This document shows positions 36,061-48,259 of a stretch of DNA of 64,000 nt, piece after piece (positions within the stretch are counted from its first letter, which is position 1; each line of letters begins with the position of its first letter). A program made the position numbers and the translations under genes. A model generated the notes under the pieces. It worked only from the letters and a program-made list of their open reading frames with translations, ran no database searches and was not told where the DNA came from. The DNA comes from Dendrobates tinctorius (taxonomy: Eukaryota), in NCBI RefSeq assembly GCF_039654945.1, contig NW_027361708.1, positions 14,570,001 through 14,634,000 on the forward strand, given 5' to 3'.

Positions 36061-36857
36061 TACATCCACCCTGTAAACCCCTCCTGACCTCACACATAAA
36101 CTTCCCCTCACCAGCATCATGACAACCAGCACAGCAGAGTCCTGAACACCAGCGATCCTCTGATCATGTGACTCTGATGCCTTCCCTCCTGTGACCTCAT
36201 CACAGGTCCTGTGCACACAGAAGCAAGAGTCTAGCCAGTCATCGCAGTCTGTGGGGGGCGCTCCGTGGGGGTGACGGTCTCTGGCAGGGTGAGGATGGGT
36301 CGGTGCATGGGGGGGCGTGCGGTTATCTCCCTACAGTGCGGGACAAATAGAGTCCTGCTCGGGACAGCGGGAAAGGCAGTCAAAAATGGGACTGTCCTGC
36401 CATATCCGGGACACTTAATAATAATAATAATAAATTTTATTTTTATAGCGCCGACATATTCCGCAGCACTTTACATTTCAGATCCAGCAGACACTTGGAA
36501 GCTATGTAATACATACACTTTCCCCCATTATGTACATAGGGGCAAAATTGTTTGGTGAATTGGAACGCGCGGGGTTAAAATTTTGCCTCACAAAATAGCC
36601 TATGATGCTCTCGGGGGCCAGACGTCTGACTGTGCAAAATTTTGTGGCTGTAGCTACGACGGTGCATATGCTAATACATACACTTTTTCCCCATTATGTA
36701 CATAGGGGCAAAATTGTTTGGTGAATTGGAACGCGCGGGGTTAAAATTTTGCCTCACAACATAGCCTATGATGCTCTCAGGGTCCAGACGTGTGACTGCG
36801 CCAAATTTTGTGGCTATAGCTGTGACGGTGCGGATGCCAAGCCCGGACACACACATA

Positions 36858-37110
36858 CAGTGGGGCAAAAAAGTATTTAGTCAGTCAGCAATAGTGCAAG
36901 TTCCACCACTTAAAAAGATGAGAGGCGTCTGTAATTTACATCATAGGTAGACCTCAACTATGGGAGACAAACTAGAAAAAAAAATCCAGAAAATCACATT
37001 GTCTGTTTTTTTTTCATTTTATTTGCATATTATGATTGAAAATAAGTATTTGGTCAGAAACAAAATTTCATCTCAATACTTTGTGATATATCCTTTGTTG
37101 GCAATGACAA
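36858..37110. mobile_element. Tc1-like terminal fragment
   Basis: TA|CAGTGGGGCAAAAAAGTATTTAGTCAG terminus with inner repeat AAATAAGTATTTGGTCA. Confidence 0.75.
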
Positions 37111-37111
37111 C

Positions 37112-37839
37112 TTTTCGAACCATTTGTGGTATTTGAATGCAGAGTTGGTGGGATTATCGTTTTTTGATCCCACCATTACAGACAATGAAAAGTTGTTAAT
37201 GGCTAATAAATTGCTCAGTAGCACAGATGAACCATCAGAGCACGCTAACCTACATGAGTTGATAATTTTACATAGTTATCTAATCTATTCTAGAGCTTTT
37301 GTTAAAGTAGTTTTTGAAACGTCAGAATATAATGCTCGGCATTTGCTTACAACTTGCAGGACATATTGCTTTTGTTCTTCATCTTTTGTCAGAAGGTCGT
37401 TAAAGTCGGTTACTTCCTACCTCTTTTAATTTTTCTTTCCTAACTTTTGGATTTACAACCCTAGCGTGCTCTGATGGTTCATCTGTGCTACTGAGCAATT
37501 TATTAGCCATTAACAACTTTTCATTGTCTGTAATGGTGGGATCAAAAAACGATAATCCCACCAACTCTGCATTCAAATACCACAAATGGTTCGAAAATTT
37601 GGTCAGGGCTATTTCTGCAATGTTGTTGTCACATTCTTTATAGTCTAACAGACTATGCAAAATACCTAAATCTTAAAATACCTCAATTTGGATTTTTTCA
37701 AACTTTGAGCGACGAGCGGCACGGGTTAACGTCGTTTGATCGAGCTCAAATTTTGGCTATCTCAATATCTGGAAAGGGGAATCGTTTTGTGGGGTCCAGA
37801 CAGACAAAATTCCGACATCGATTTTTTGCGGTCACCCTA
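37112..37839 (-). mobile_element. Internally deleted hATm-like transposon fragment
   Basis: Minus-strand terminus TAGGGTGACCGC. Peptides IAEIALTKFSNHLWYLNAELVGLSFFD and DFNDLLTKDEEQKQYVLQVVSKCRALYSD...ALE*. Family assignment is from memory of these motifs. Confidence 0.6.
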
Positions 37840-37903
37840 ATACACACACACACCCACATTGAGCTTTATATATTATATTTTGTGTCACATAACTCTGGTT
37901 TAA

Positions 37904-40082
37904 CCCCTTTCCTACATTAGACGTACTATTCCGTCCATGTGACCTGAGACCTAAGTCCCAAGGACGGAATAGTACGTTTAATGCGATCAGCTGCGCTCAC
38001 GGGGGGAGCGCAGCTGATCACGGCCGGGTGTCAGCTGATTATCACAGCTGACACCCGGCACAATGTGTCAGGGGCGCCCCGACATGTTAACCCCTGGCAC
38101 ACCGCGATCAAACATGATCGCGGTGTACCAGGGGGGGGTTAAAGGAGGCATCATCAGGGAGGGGGCTCCCTCCGTGCTTCCCTGCGCCCCCCACAGCAGC
38201 ACGATGTGCAGCGCCGCTGCGGGGGTCGCCATCTCTGCAGGTCCCCACATCCAATATGGCGACGGGGGCCTGCAGGGATGGCTTCCTCACTGCCCGCAGA
38301 GCACAGGCATGAGGAAGCCTGCAGCAGTGCCTGTGACAGATCGCTGATCTGTCACAGCGATCTGTGATTTGACAGATCAGCGATCTGTCACAGGACAGTG
38401 ATGTCCCCCATGGGACATTATAATAAAGTTAAAAAAAAAGAAAAAAAGTGTAAAAATAATTTAAAAAAAATTGCTAAATAAATTAAAAAAAAATATTCCC
38501 TAATAAATTCATTTTTTGAAAATAAAAAAACAAAAAAAAACAATAAAAGTACACATATTTGGTGTTGCCACATCCATAATGACCCACCCTATAAAACTGT
38601 CCCATTAGTTAACCCCTTTAGCAAACCCCTTAAAAAATAAAAAACAAAGCAAAAAATAATGATTTATTATCATACCACCGAACAAAAAGTGCAATAACGC
38701 GAGATCAAAAAGACGCATATAAATAACCATGGTACCGCTGAAAACGTCATCTTGTCCTGCAGAAAACAAGCTGCCACACAGCATAATCAGCGAAAAAATA
38801 AAAAAGTTATAGCTCGCAGAATAAAGCGATGCAAAAATAATTATTTTTTATATAAAATAGTTTTCATTGCATAAAACCGCCAAAACATAAAAAAAACCTA
38901 AATGAGGTATCGCTGTAACCGTACTGACCCAAAGAATAAAACCGCCTTATCAATTTTACCGCATGCGGAACGGTGTAAACACACCCCCCAAAAGAAATTC
39001 ATGAAACGTTGGTTTTTGTTCATTCTGCGTCCCAAAAATCGGAATGAAAAGCGATCAAAAAATGTCACGTGCCCGAAAATGGTACCAATAAAAACGTCAA
39101 CTCGTCCCTCATGAAAACCTCCCATGACTCTGTGGGTCAAAATATGTAAAAATTATAGCTCTCAAAATGTGGTGATGCATAAACTATTTTTACAATAAAA
39201 AGCGTCTTTTAGCGTATGACAGCTGCCAAAAATAAAAACCCGCCATATATAGTAAATCAAACCCCCCTTTATCACCACCTTAGTTAGGGAAAAATAAGAA
39301 AATAAAAAAAAATGTATTTATTTCCATTTTCCCATTAGGGCTAGGGTTAGGGTCAGAGCTAGGGTTAGGGTTGGAGTTAGAATTGGGGGGTTTCCACTGT
39401 TTTGGCACATCAGGGGCCTTCCAAATGCGACATGGTGTCCGATCTCAATTCCAGCCAAAAAAGTTAAATGACGCTGCTTCCCTTCCGAGCTCTGCCATGT
39501 GCCCAAATAGTGGTTTACCCCAATATATGGGGTATCAGCGTACTCAGGAAAAATTGCACAATAACTTTTGGGGTCCTGTTACTCTTGGGAAAATAAAAAT
39601 TGGGGGTGAAAAGATCATTTTTGTGGAAAAAATATGATTTTTTTAATTGTACAGCTGTACGTTATAAACTTCTGTGAAGCCCTTTGGGGTTCAAAGTGCT
39701 CACCACATATCTAGATAAGTTCCTAGGGGGGTCTAGTTTCCAAAATGGGGTCACTTGTGGGGGGTTTCCACTATTTAGGCACATCAGGGGCTCTCCAAAC
39801 GTGGCATGGCGTCCAATCTGAATTCCAGCCAATTTTGCAGTGAAAAAGTCAAATGGCGCTCCTTCCCTTCTGAGCTCTGCCATGCGCCCAAACAGTGGTT
39901 CCCCCCACATATCAGGTATCGGCGTACTCAGGACAAATTGCACAATAACTTTGCCAGTCCAATTTCTACTGATACCCTTGGTAAAATAAAAAAATTGAAC
40001 CTGAAGTAACTTTTTTTGTGAAAAAAAGTGAAATGTTCATTTTTTTAAACATTCAAAAAATTCATGTGAAGTACCTGAAGGG
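37904..40082. mobile_element. Second non-autonomous piggyBac-like element, ending just upstream of the CDHR1 promoter
   Basis: TTAA|CCCC...GAAGGG|TTAA; shares internal repeats and a TTAGGG tract (~39335-39380) with 30978-33226. Confidence 0.7.
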
Positions 40083-40086
40083 TTAA

Positions 40087-40306
40087 ATAAAGAGAGAATT
40101 CCCTCAGCTCCTCGCAAGTTAATTGGTCTAATTAGATAGTAGGCAGGAGAAAAATAAGACGTGTCATCGGATTAGCATCCTGGCATCTGTTACCTCCCCT
40201 TGCACTGAGAGTCCTTACATTGTCCTGAATGGCACTAACCACTGCAGATCTTTAATATAAAATTATAGGAATTCAAGGAAAGAAAGTGACAGCTGTGCCG
40301 TTGGCG
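40087..40306 (+). promoter_or_regulatory. Putative CDHR1 proximal promoter / 5' UTR
   Basis: CRX/OTX-type GGATTAG (40169-40175), homeodomain CTAATTAG (40128-40135) and AT-rich TAATATAAAA (~40252); a further CTAATCC in intron 1 (40436-40442). Confidence 0.55.
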
Positions 40307-40370
40307 ATGAAGTATGTCTGGCACTTTACAGCATCTTCCGTTCTGTCTCTGCTTTATGTTTGCCTAGCAG
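40307..40370 (+). CDS. CDHR1: Cadherin-related family member 1, coding exon 1 (signal peptide)
   Basis: GCGATGA Kozak-like context; MKYVWHFTASSVLSLLYVCLA; donor CAG|GTAAGT; phase 1 matches the next exon. Confidence 0.85.
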
Positions 40371-40998
40371 GTAAGTGAAATTACCTCCTATCCAACATGT
40401 AATAGAAAAGCTGAGACGCTCACAGAAGAGCGAGGCTAATCCGTCTTTACGGACCCTGCACAGGGAGGGGATTTAGCCTGTTAGAACTGAAGGGCCTATT
40501 CGGTGGGTCACCTTATTTTGGGGGGGTTTATAGGTAATTGCTTCTGAAGTCAGTTTTTAATGCAAGTTATAGGAAAGTCTTGATGCTTTGTTTCATCATT
40601 ACTGATGTCGACATAGCAAAATAGCAAATGTTTTCTAGATATTTCTGTGCAAATTTTTTTTAAGCCTCTTCACTTAGTACTTGCTCAGAAATATACTTTT
40701 TTTTTAGAATGGCACAAGAGGGGTTAAATAATTTTCACCTTCAATGGAATTACAGTACATAGACGAAGTGTTAAAAAGCAACGCCGTTAATAAATAACGG
40801 GACTTAATTCTCTGCTATTCAATGTGATGCATGCTTTCTGGTCTGGTGTACTATCTGCCGGACAGGCTCAAAATGGCTTATACAGCTTTAAGTGACATCG
40901 AAATTATTACTTGAAAACATGAAGATATTTGTAATGTACAAGGGCACATGTAATGCTGTCTTATGTGTTCGCTGTTCGTGTTATATACTGTGTATATA

Positions 40999-41542
40999 CA
41001 GCTCTGGCAAAAATTAAGACACCACTTCCAAATGTTCAGTTTGTCTGATATTTCTCTTTATAGGTATACTTTTGAGTAAAATGTAAATTGTTCTTTTAGT
41101 CTATAAACTTTTGACAACATGTCTCCGAATTTCCAAGCAACAAATTTTGTATTTTTTCTCTGGCAAAAAAAAAAATGGTCAAATTTAAAAAAAAAAACCC
41201 CCAATGCTTTCAGACCTCAAATAACGCAAAGAAAACAAGTTCATAATCATTTAGAAGCAACAATACTAATGTTTTAACTCGGGAAGAGTTCAGAAATCAA
41301 TATTTTGTGGAAAAACCATGATTTTTAATCACAGCTTTCATGCGTCTTGGTATGCTTGCCACCAGTCTTTCACACTGCTTCTAGTGCAAAAATTTAAGCA
41401 GTTCTTCTTTGTTTGATGGCTTGTGCCTATCCATCATCCTCTTGATTACATTCGAGAGGTTTTCAATGGGGTTCAGGTCAGGAGAATGGGCTGCCAATGA
41501 CAGGGTTTTGATTTAGTGGTCTGTTAATTTTTGCCAGAGCGG
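40999..41542. mobile_element. Tc1-derived MITE in CDHR1 intron 1
   Basis: TA TSD; inverted ends CAGCTCTGGCAAAAATTAAGACACCAC / GTGGTCTGTTAATTTTTGCCAGAGCGG; residual antisense PDLNPIE-type sequence at ~41460-41490. Confidence 0.85.
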
Positions 41543-41741
41543 TATATATTCGCGTAGTATAATTTATAGAAATTATAGACCCATTCAGACTATGGATGCC
41601 CTATCAACATTAGGACCAAGCAGCCAATCCTTCATGGACCACAAATATCTTTTTCTGACCTATCTGTCTTTATAGTGTGTCAAAAGTGTTTACATTTTGT
41701 AAACTATAGCAGTAGATAATGGACATTTCTGTGTTTTGCAG

Positions 41742-41837
41742 TGCAAACCAATTACGCCCCCTACTTTTTCGACAATGGACCTGGAAGCACCAATGGGAAC
41801 ATGGCTCTCTTGAGCCTATCTGAGGACACGCCAGTCG
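41742..41837 (+). CDS. CDHR1: CDHR1 coding exon 2 (96 nt)
   Basis: TTTTGCAG acceptor; (V)[31 protein letters not shown](G) matches the CDHR1 N-terminus [31 protein letters not shown]; donor GTCAGT. Confidence 0.96.
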
Positions 41838-44404
41838 GTCAGTGCAGCGTTTTAACTATTTTCTTGTTTTGTGTTCATCATCCAAAGTGAATGCACTTGA
41901 CAACGTGCGATGCTGTGATAGCGGAAGCTTGTCGACACTTACTGTGCAGCAACTGTTGTGCAATGTGTCGAATGTGATTTATAACAAATACTGAGCCAAT
42001 GGTTATATTTTCACTCTTTTTTTTCTAGCTGTGACTGTTGTTGTCAGGTGTTTATCACCAGATATATATTGTATGTTATATGTGTGTGAAAAAAATTGGT
42101 TTTGGCTTAATAAATGCAATTTTGGATGTGGTCTTTATAAGTACTGATTTTTTTTTTTTGGGGGTGGGGGCGGTGGCTGCAAGAATAGCAAACAAGCATT
42201 CTGGAATCCCCATTAAATTCTGGTCCCATTTCAAGAACTGTAACCTGGGCGTTATGACATATAATGTGGATAAGTGTTTAGAATAAGAAAACTTGCTTAA
42301 TATTTAATCTTTCTGCAGAGATGAAATCTAAAAATTAAAGGGGTTGACTGGGCATCTAGTTTTGTTGACCAATTATCCTATTAGCAATTATTAGCTTTGG
42401 CGGTGGCAAATAACACAGGGACCCACCAATTTGATAATTTATCTTTAGGTTAGGCAAACAATGTTAGATGCATTGTAAATGTATTTAAAGCTAATTATAT
42501 TATTAAGAAAAATCAAGCCAAGGTGAAACCAATTTATTGTTTGCCAGATTACCTACAGCTTTGGTATTCTTTTTTGTGTTTTTGACTATCTCACTAATAT
42601 ACAGTAGCATTTGAAGGGAACCTGTCAATTTAAAAAAGTCCGCATTTACTGCAGCCAGAGGGTAATCTGCAGGCAAAAATCATTTTAAATATATGTGTCT
42701 GTATAACTAGAGGTTCTCCTGCAGCCTCTTTCAACTAATCATTGGGACCGCACTGGAGGGTTGTAAGCAGTCAGCTCTCAGTACAGGGTGAGTGCACACT
42801 ATGAGCTGTGGAGCAGGATGTCAATCAAGTGGCAGATGGGAGTGATTTCAGTGCGCTCACTGTGTGTTGAACAGTGACGGTTCACTCCACCCATTTGACT
42901 GTAAGTGGACGACTGCAGGGAGAATATAACTCCTAAGCTTTTTAAGTAGGATAAGACTTGAGCAATTATGACAAGAACATGGGGATCAAACCCACAGGCA
43001 GAATATAAATATATACCCATATCATGCCTGTGCATACTTAATCACTATCCATTTCAATAGCTTAGTATTATGGCACAGAACCCATGCGCTTCTTACCCAT
43101 ATGAGTTTCCGGCCCTGGTGTCCCCCCGGACCTATGTTTCAAATTAAGCTTCTTCAAGGGGTATGGTGTTTTGCTTCCCTTGAATAAGGTACCCACGATC
43201 ACTAGATCACTAAATTGATGCTGCTGCATACTGCCGCGAGCATACCAGAGAATATGCCTGGTGCTGGCCACCTCACTACTGACACTAACACACAGCTTCA
43301 CATGTAACAAAACACCAAAAGTTGTCCAAAAACACAGACATGCGCAGACCACTCAATGATGCCTTCCATGACAAGAGCAAACCAGCATTCCGCTGCACGT
43401 GTGCAATCAGTAGCAGAAATGGTAGTGGAAATAATGTGATCTCCAAAGTGGTGACTGCAATGAATAAAATGCAAATGTACCCTGTGCCATATATTCCTAG
43501 ATAATGCTGAAAATAATATGAATTAAACCTCCTCATCACATTTTCTGATAACCGCCCCTTGCGCTAAAACTTGTGGCTTCACATTGAGCCGGGACGTCTG
43601 GCTATGATGAGACTCAATACATTTCTGCGCATGCAAGCACAAGGTCACGCCTATCGTGAAGTTATGATGGTGAATTTGAATTTTACCTGATAACCTCAGC
43701 TCTACTTAACATCCTATTTGCATATTAATATAAACACTAATTATCTTGGAAAGCAGATAGAAGCTAGAAAGGTGACAATGGATTTACATCTCAAAGACCT
43801 ACATGCCCCAATATGCGGTTTAATTGGAAGTGAGCAGCTGCAGGGAGAATATCATTCACTTTTTGCCCAGCAGCTAACTCCAGTTAGACTACCACATGGA
43901 TTTAAAACAGTATTTACCTGCAGATTATCATTGTGGCTCTTGGTAAATGATATTTTCTTTATGACTGATTCGGTTGAAACAGTGGGTAAATATCCCACCA
44001 GGACCTGGCTTCCCTGTGCAGGCAAGCACTTATTTTCTTAAAGCATTTAGGTGAACTTTCGCATGAAGCTTCTAACTTTTGGTATCAACATATTTGGTTT
44101 GCAGTTTGTTTTGTAAAGGAACAAGTGATATATCAAGTACAGGACCTAAAAGACAATGCATGTGTTTTGTCATTAGTATTCTATGTGTCCTATGCACTGG
44201 GCATATCAGCAATTTTACGGTGTTTATGGGTCTTGCTGGAATTTTGTTAGGAAAAATTTAAGCTTATAAATGATTTCAGTATACACAAAATAAATCAAAT
44301 ATATAAAATATTATGGATGCATAATACTATGTAGATATGGAACATATAAATACTGTTTGTACATGGAATAGATTCATCATAAGGTATATGTAACACCCCT
44401 TTAA

Positions 44405-44842
44405 AGGGAATGTTTTTGTAATATAATCCAAGAACAGCATAATATAGTGATAGAGACCCTAATTTCAGCAATATATCACTTACTGAACTGCTTGGTACTG
44501 TTTTGCTAGAATCCTTATTTTCTCTATTATAGATGAAGCAGTGCTCAGAAAGCTGTTCTGCCTATAACCGCGCCCACACCACTGATTGATAACCTCCTGT
44601 GTACTGTGTGCATTATCAGCAAACTACTAATCAGTGGTGGGGGGCGGGGTCACACAGATTAGCCAGACTATTGTGCATGTGAGACCTGGTCCTGCAGTGA
44701 TAATCTCCTGCTAATAAAACATTCACTGTATTGAAACTACTGCACACTGCCCAGTAAGACGCATATCGCTGTAATCAGAGTCTCTGCTCCTTCATTGTGC
44801 TGCTCTTAGACTACATATCAAAAACCTACTGACAGATTCTTA
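44405..44842. mobile_element. T2/Kolobok-type MITE
   Basis: TTAA|AGGGAAT start and ...GACAGATTC..|TTAA end; a similar element starts at 44847. Confidence 0.5.
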
Positions 44843-45191
44843 TTAAAGGGATCATGTAACTTGAGAAAATGAGGTTTATCTGTAGATATAGGGATAATCT
44901 GCAGGTAAATAGCATTAAAATACTGCCAGGCCCCCGCACTTAAAGTGTGGCTACCGAGAGAAAATTATTTCCTCTGAGAAGAAGGAATTGATTGACAGTA
45001 CATGTGCTGTACATAGTGAGCTATCGATCAAAGTGCTGCCAACCAAAGCTGCTGGTTACAGTATAGTGAGTGGTGCTATTAGCGGTGACTGTAGCCACTC
45101 AGTGCCCCATAACCAAAAGATGGTGGCTCCCATGAGGAAATAAGTTAATTTTTTCACCGACACTGCACTTTCTTTTCGGCAGCATTGTAAT

Positions 45192-45372
45192 GCTACGTGC
45201 ACACATTGTGTATTTGGTGAGTTTTTTACCTCAGTATTTGTAAGCCAAAACCAGGAGTGTGAGATAAATACTGAAGTGGTGACATGTTTCTATTATACTT
45301 CTCCTCTGATTGTTCCACTCCTGATTTTAGCACATACTGAGGTAAAATACTGACCAAATACTGAATGTGTGA
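45192..45372. mobile_element. Palindromic Harbinger-type MITE, copy 1
   Basis: Same sequence family as 52236-52418 and 58980-59174 (CAGTATTTGTAAGCCAAAACCAGGAGTG). Confidence 0.7.
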
Positions 45373-46806
45373 CCGGACCGTGGCTTAATATTATGGACTT
45401 GAACTTTTGTCCAGTGTTCCTATATAACTACAGACTGTTTTGAACATGGAACACATACATCATAACATGTTTGGAAATTGTCAGCTCGGGTTATTTGCGT
45501 TGGCAGAATCTCATTTACACAATATGGTGTCATGGCCTTTAGGCAAATTTGTTCAATTATGCGCTAGTACATCTTGCTGCCTTCGAGCTTAGCATGAAAC
45601 GAAATGTGTTGATGCCACATACCTTGAAATGTTTATACTGACAGATATGTACATTTTTTAAGTAATATTTGAAGTTCGAACCAATGTTGTAGATCTGATA
45701 TTGAAATATTTAAAACTAGAAAAACATCTTACTTTTATGTATGCATCTCTATGTGTGTCTGAGACTGAGAGAGGGCATACAGAAAGCAGGGGAATGGAAA
45801 GTAGGAGAGAGCATAAGAGGTGACCATGAGACACAATGGAAGAAGCACAGTATATGGTACCCATGTACCGCAGGCAGAGCCGGGGCGAGGGGTACACTTC
45901 AAAGAGAGGAAAAAAAATTACATGGCTGAATGTCTGCGGCCATTGGCACTTTCTTCGGGCTGCAGACATTCAACACAGTGGTGACCGGAATTCTGACACA
46001 CAGCAGAACAGTGTCAGTCACTGACACCGCTCACCTCTCCCTCTGCCCACACTTTGGCCATTGCATCTTGCCTGATGCAGCCCTGCATAGTGTGGTTTCC
46101 TCTGCAGCTCCTCATCCTGGCTCCCTTGATCTCCTCTTCCGGCAATCTGTTGCAGAGGCTCCATGCATCTGACTGCTGAGCCTGAGATACTGCACAACAT
46201 TATTAAGAGGAAGTATGTGATGGAAGGGGGCAGTGCCTGGGCCAATGGAAAGATGTCCATGGGGTCAGGTCTGTGGGGAATAGCAATACCATGGGGTAGT
46301 AAGGCCATGGGGAGATGTGAAGGAGATGACAGCCCTTTCTTCTCTGTGGTAGCGCAACACATTCTCCTCTTCCTGTATTGTCACAGGCAGCTCAGCAGTC
46401 ATGACGGGGGAGGGTGTTCAGTTTCAGTGCTGGGCTGACAGGGTGTCCCTGTGTAAAAACCCTCCCTTTCAGCTTCTGATATCCAACTCCAGAGCTTCAC
46501 TTCTGTATTTAGGTAACAGTGTACATTTGATCAACTAAATCTGTAGCGTACAGCCATTTTGAAAGTGCCTAGATTTGCTAAAAGAAAAAGGACAAGCAAA
46601 TGAATGTTAATTAGTGATGAGCGAGCACTAACGTTCTCTGGTACTCTTTACTGGAGTCGAGCAAATAATAATACTAGGGTGCTTGACCCAAGTAATGAGT
46701 ATAATGAAAGTCAATGGGTAAGTCGAGCAGTTCTCATGCGACCCCCTACTCCTTGGAGGTCTGTAGGAGGCCTCTAAATTGCTCACATTGATGGAAACAG
46801 AGCTGA

Positions 46807-46962
<156 letters not shown>

Positions 46963-47504
46963 TAACAGATTGCCAAATGGCAAATAGACCCTATCTAAAG
47001 ATTCTGAGATTAATAAAATATAACTATTAATGATTAAATTATAATGATAATAAAAGAAAATACATTTCTTGTATGTGGCAGCAACAAACTCTGATGAATT
47101 TCTGAGTACAGGTCACTGTAAAAAACATGAATCTGTCAATGAGTGCACGGAAAAAAGCAATCAAGCTACAGACTATGGAAGAGATGTATGTGTATGAATA
47201 AACACTCATTTCCAGCAGAAGATACCTAGCATCTATCTCTTGGCTAAACACAGCTAACAGCGGTATTAGTAAGGAATAGAACAGATTTTACCTTAGTATT
47301 TTGTTTTAGGTTACAGCCGCAAGGATTATAATTTATATGGCAATAATCCCTGACTAGATGTCTGAAATATGTTATCCCTACTGCAACAGCTCACTCTAAA
47401 TGAATTGCAGATAAGAGCGGTATTATTAAGAATAGAATCTATTTGAATTACCCTGCAAAAAAGCCATTAGTTGAACGTAGCAGCATCAAGGACTGTTATT
47501 TCAT

Positions 47505-47735
47505 CAACCCAGCTGGGGAATATAGTGGAGCGTTTCGACGTCTTCTCAGCCTAATATGAAGGAGGCCAAGATATTCTGTACTTACTGTACAAAGTCTACT
47601 GTCCTGGCTGTGAAATCTTGTATGCAGTGTGAGAATTCCCTATGTTACGACCACCTGACAGCCTACAACAAGGCACTGGATCATATACTAATGGAAGACA
47701 CCTGCTCTTTTGCTTTCCAAAATTATTCCCATAGC
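47505..47735 (+). pseudogene. TRIM E3 ligase B-box region fragment
   Basis: LGNIVERF...KIFCTYCTKSTVLAVKSCMQCENSLCYDHLTAYNKALDHILME has the CxxC..AVKSCxxC..LC..HL pattern of the expanded fish/amphibian TRIM genes. No RING or SPRY domain seen nearby. Confidence 0.8.
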
Positions 47736-48259
47736 TAGAAGATGTAGCATCAGAAAAGCAGTTTTTCTCATTAGTAAGGAGTGGGTCTTCTAGACTGGTA
47801 AAGTGTATGCACTAAGTACAAGGGATGCTAAAAATTAGGAGACACTCCAATATCCCTTTGAAGAGACATAGTGGTGAGCCTCAGAAAATATTTTTTCCCT
47901 TTATTAAGGAGTGGTTATCCTGGACTCCTAATGTGCATGCTCTAAGTGCATGGGCTGAAAAACATTTACCCCTGAGGGGTTTACATATACTATATATCAA
48001 AGAATGTTAGAGGTAGGCCTCTCTAAATTCTTAATGTTCACATCATAAACACCATTAAAAAATTTATAGTGAGGGTAGCATGATCACCCTGTTCATATGG
48101 TGGTGGTGGAGGAGGAGAAGGATGAGGCCGACACAAAAAAATGCGAAATTCTCAAGCGTATACCCATGTTAGGGTGGGAAGGGGTGCATGGGAATAGACC
48201 AGAAAAAAAAATCCACTGGATTTGAGTTTATGTTTATGTTCCGCTGCTGTCATCCAGTC

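Larger units (their letters stand above)
33227..37877 (-). mobile_element. Non-autonomous Helitron with 39 bp minisatellite, carrying later insertions
   Basis: Reverse-complement match to 54210-55364: 3' hairpin + CTAG at 33227-33260 and 5' end (GAGCTTTATATATTA) at ~37861-37877. Confidence 0.75.

Noticed and set aside
34587-36122. 511 aa ORF and overlapping long ORFs
   Set aside because: Low-complexity translation of a stop-poor minisatellite, open in several frames on both strands.
43050-44200. Possible Penelope remnant with hammerhead-like CCCCTTGAAGAAGC...GAAAC...GTCCGGGG (minus strand, ~43122-43161)
   Set aside because: Too degenerate to support by eye; the core box and the GIY-YIG-like peptide are both poor matches.
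45658-46440. Cluster of 60-114 aa ORFs in intron 2
   Set aside because: No recognisable domain or consistent splice sites; CDHR1 exons 2 and 3 already join in frame.
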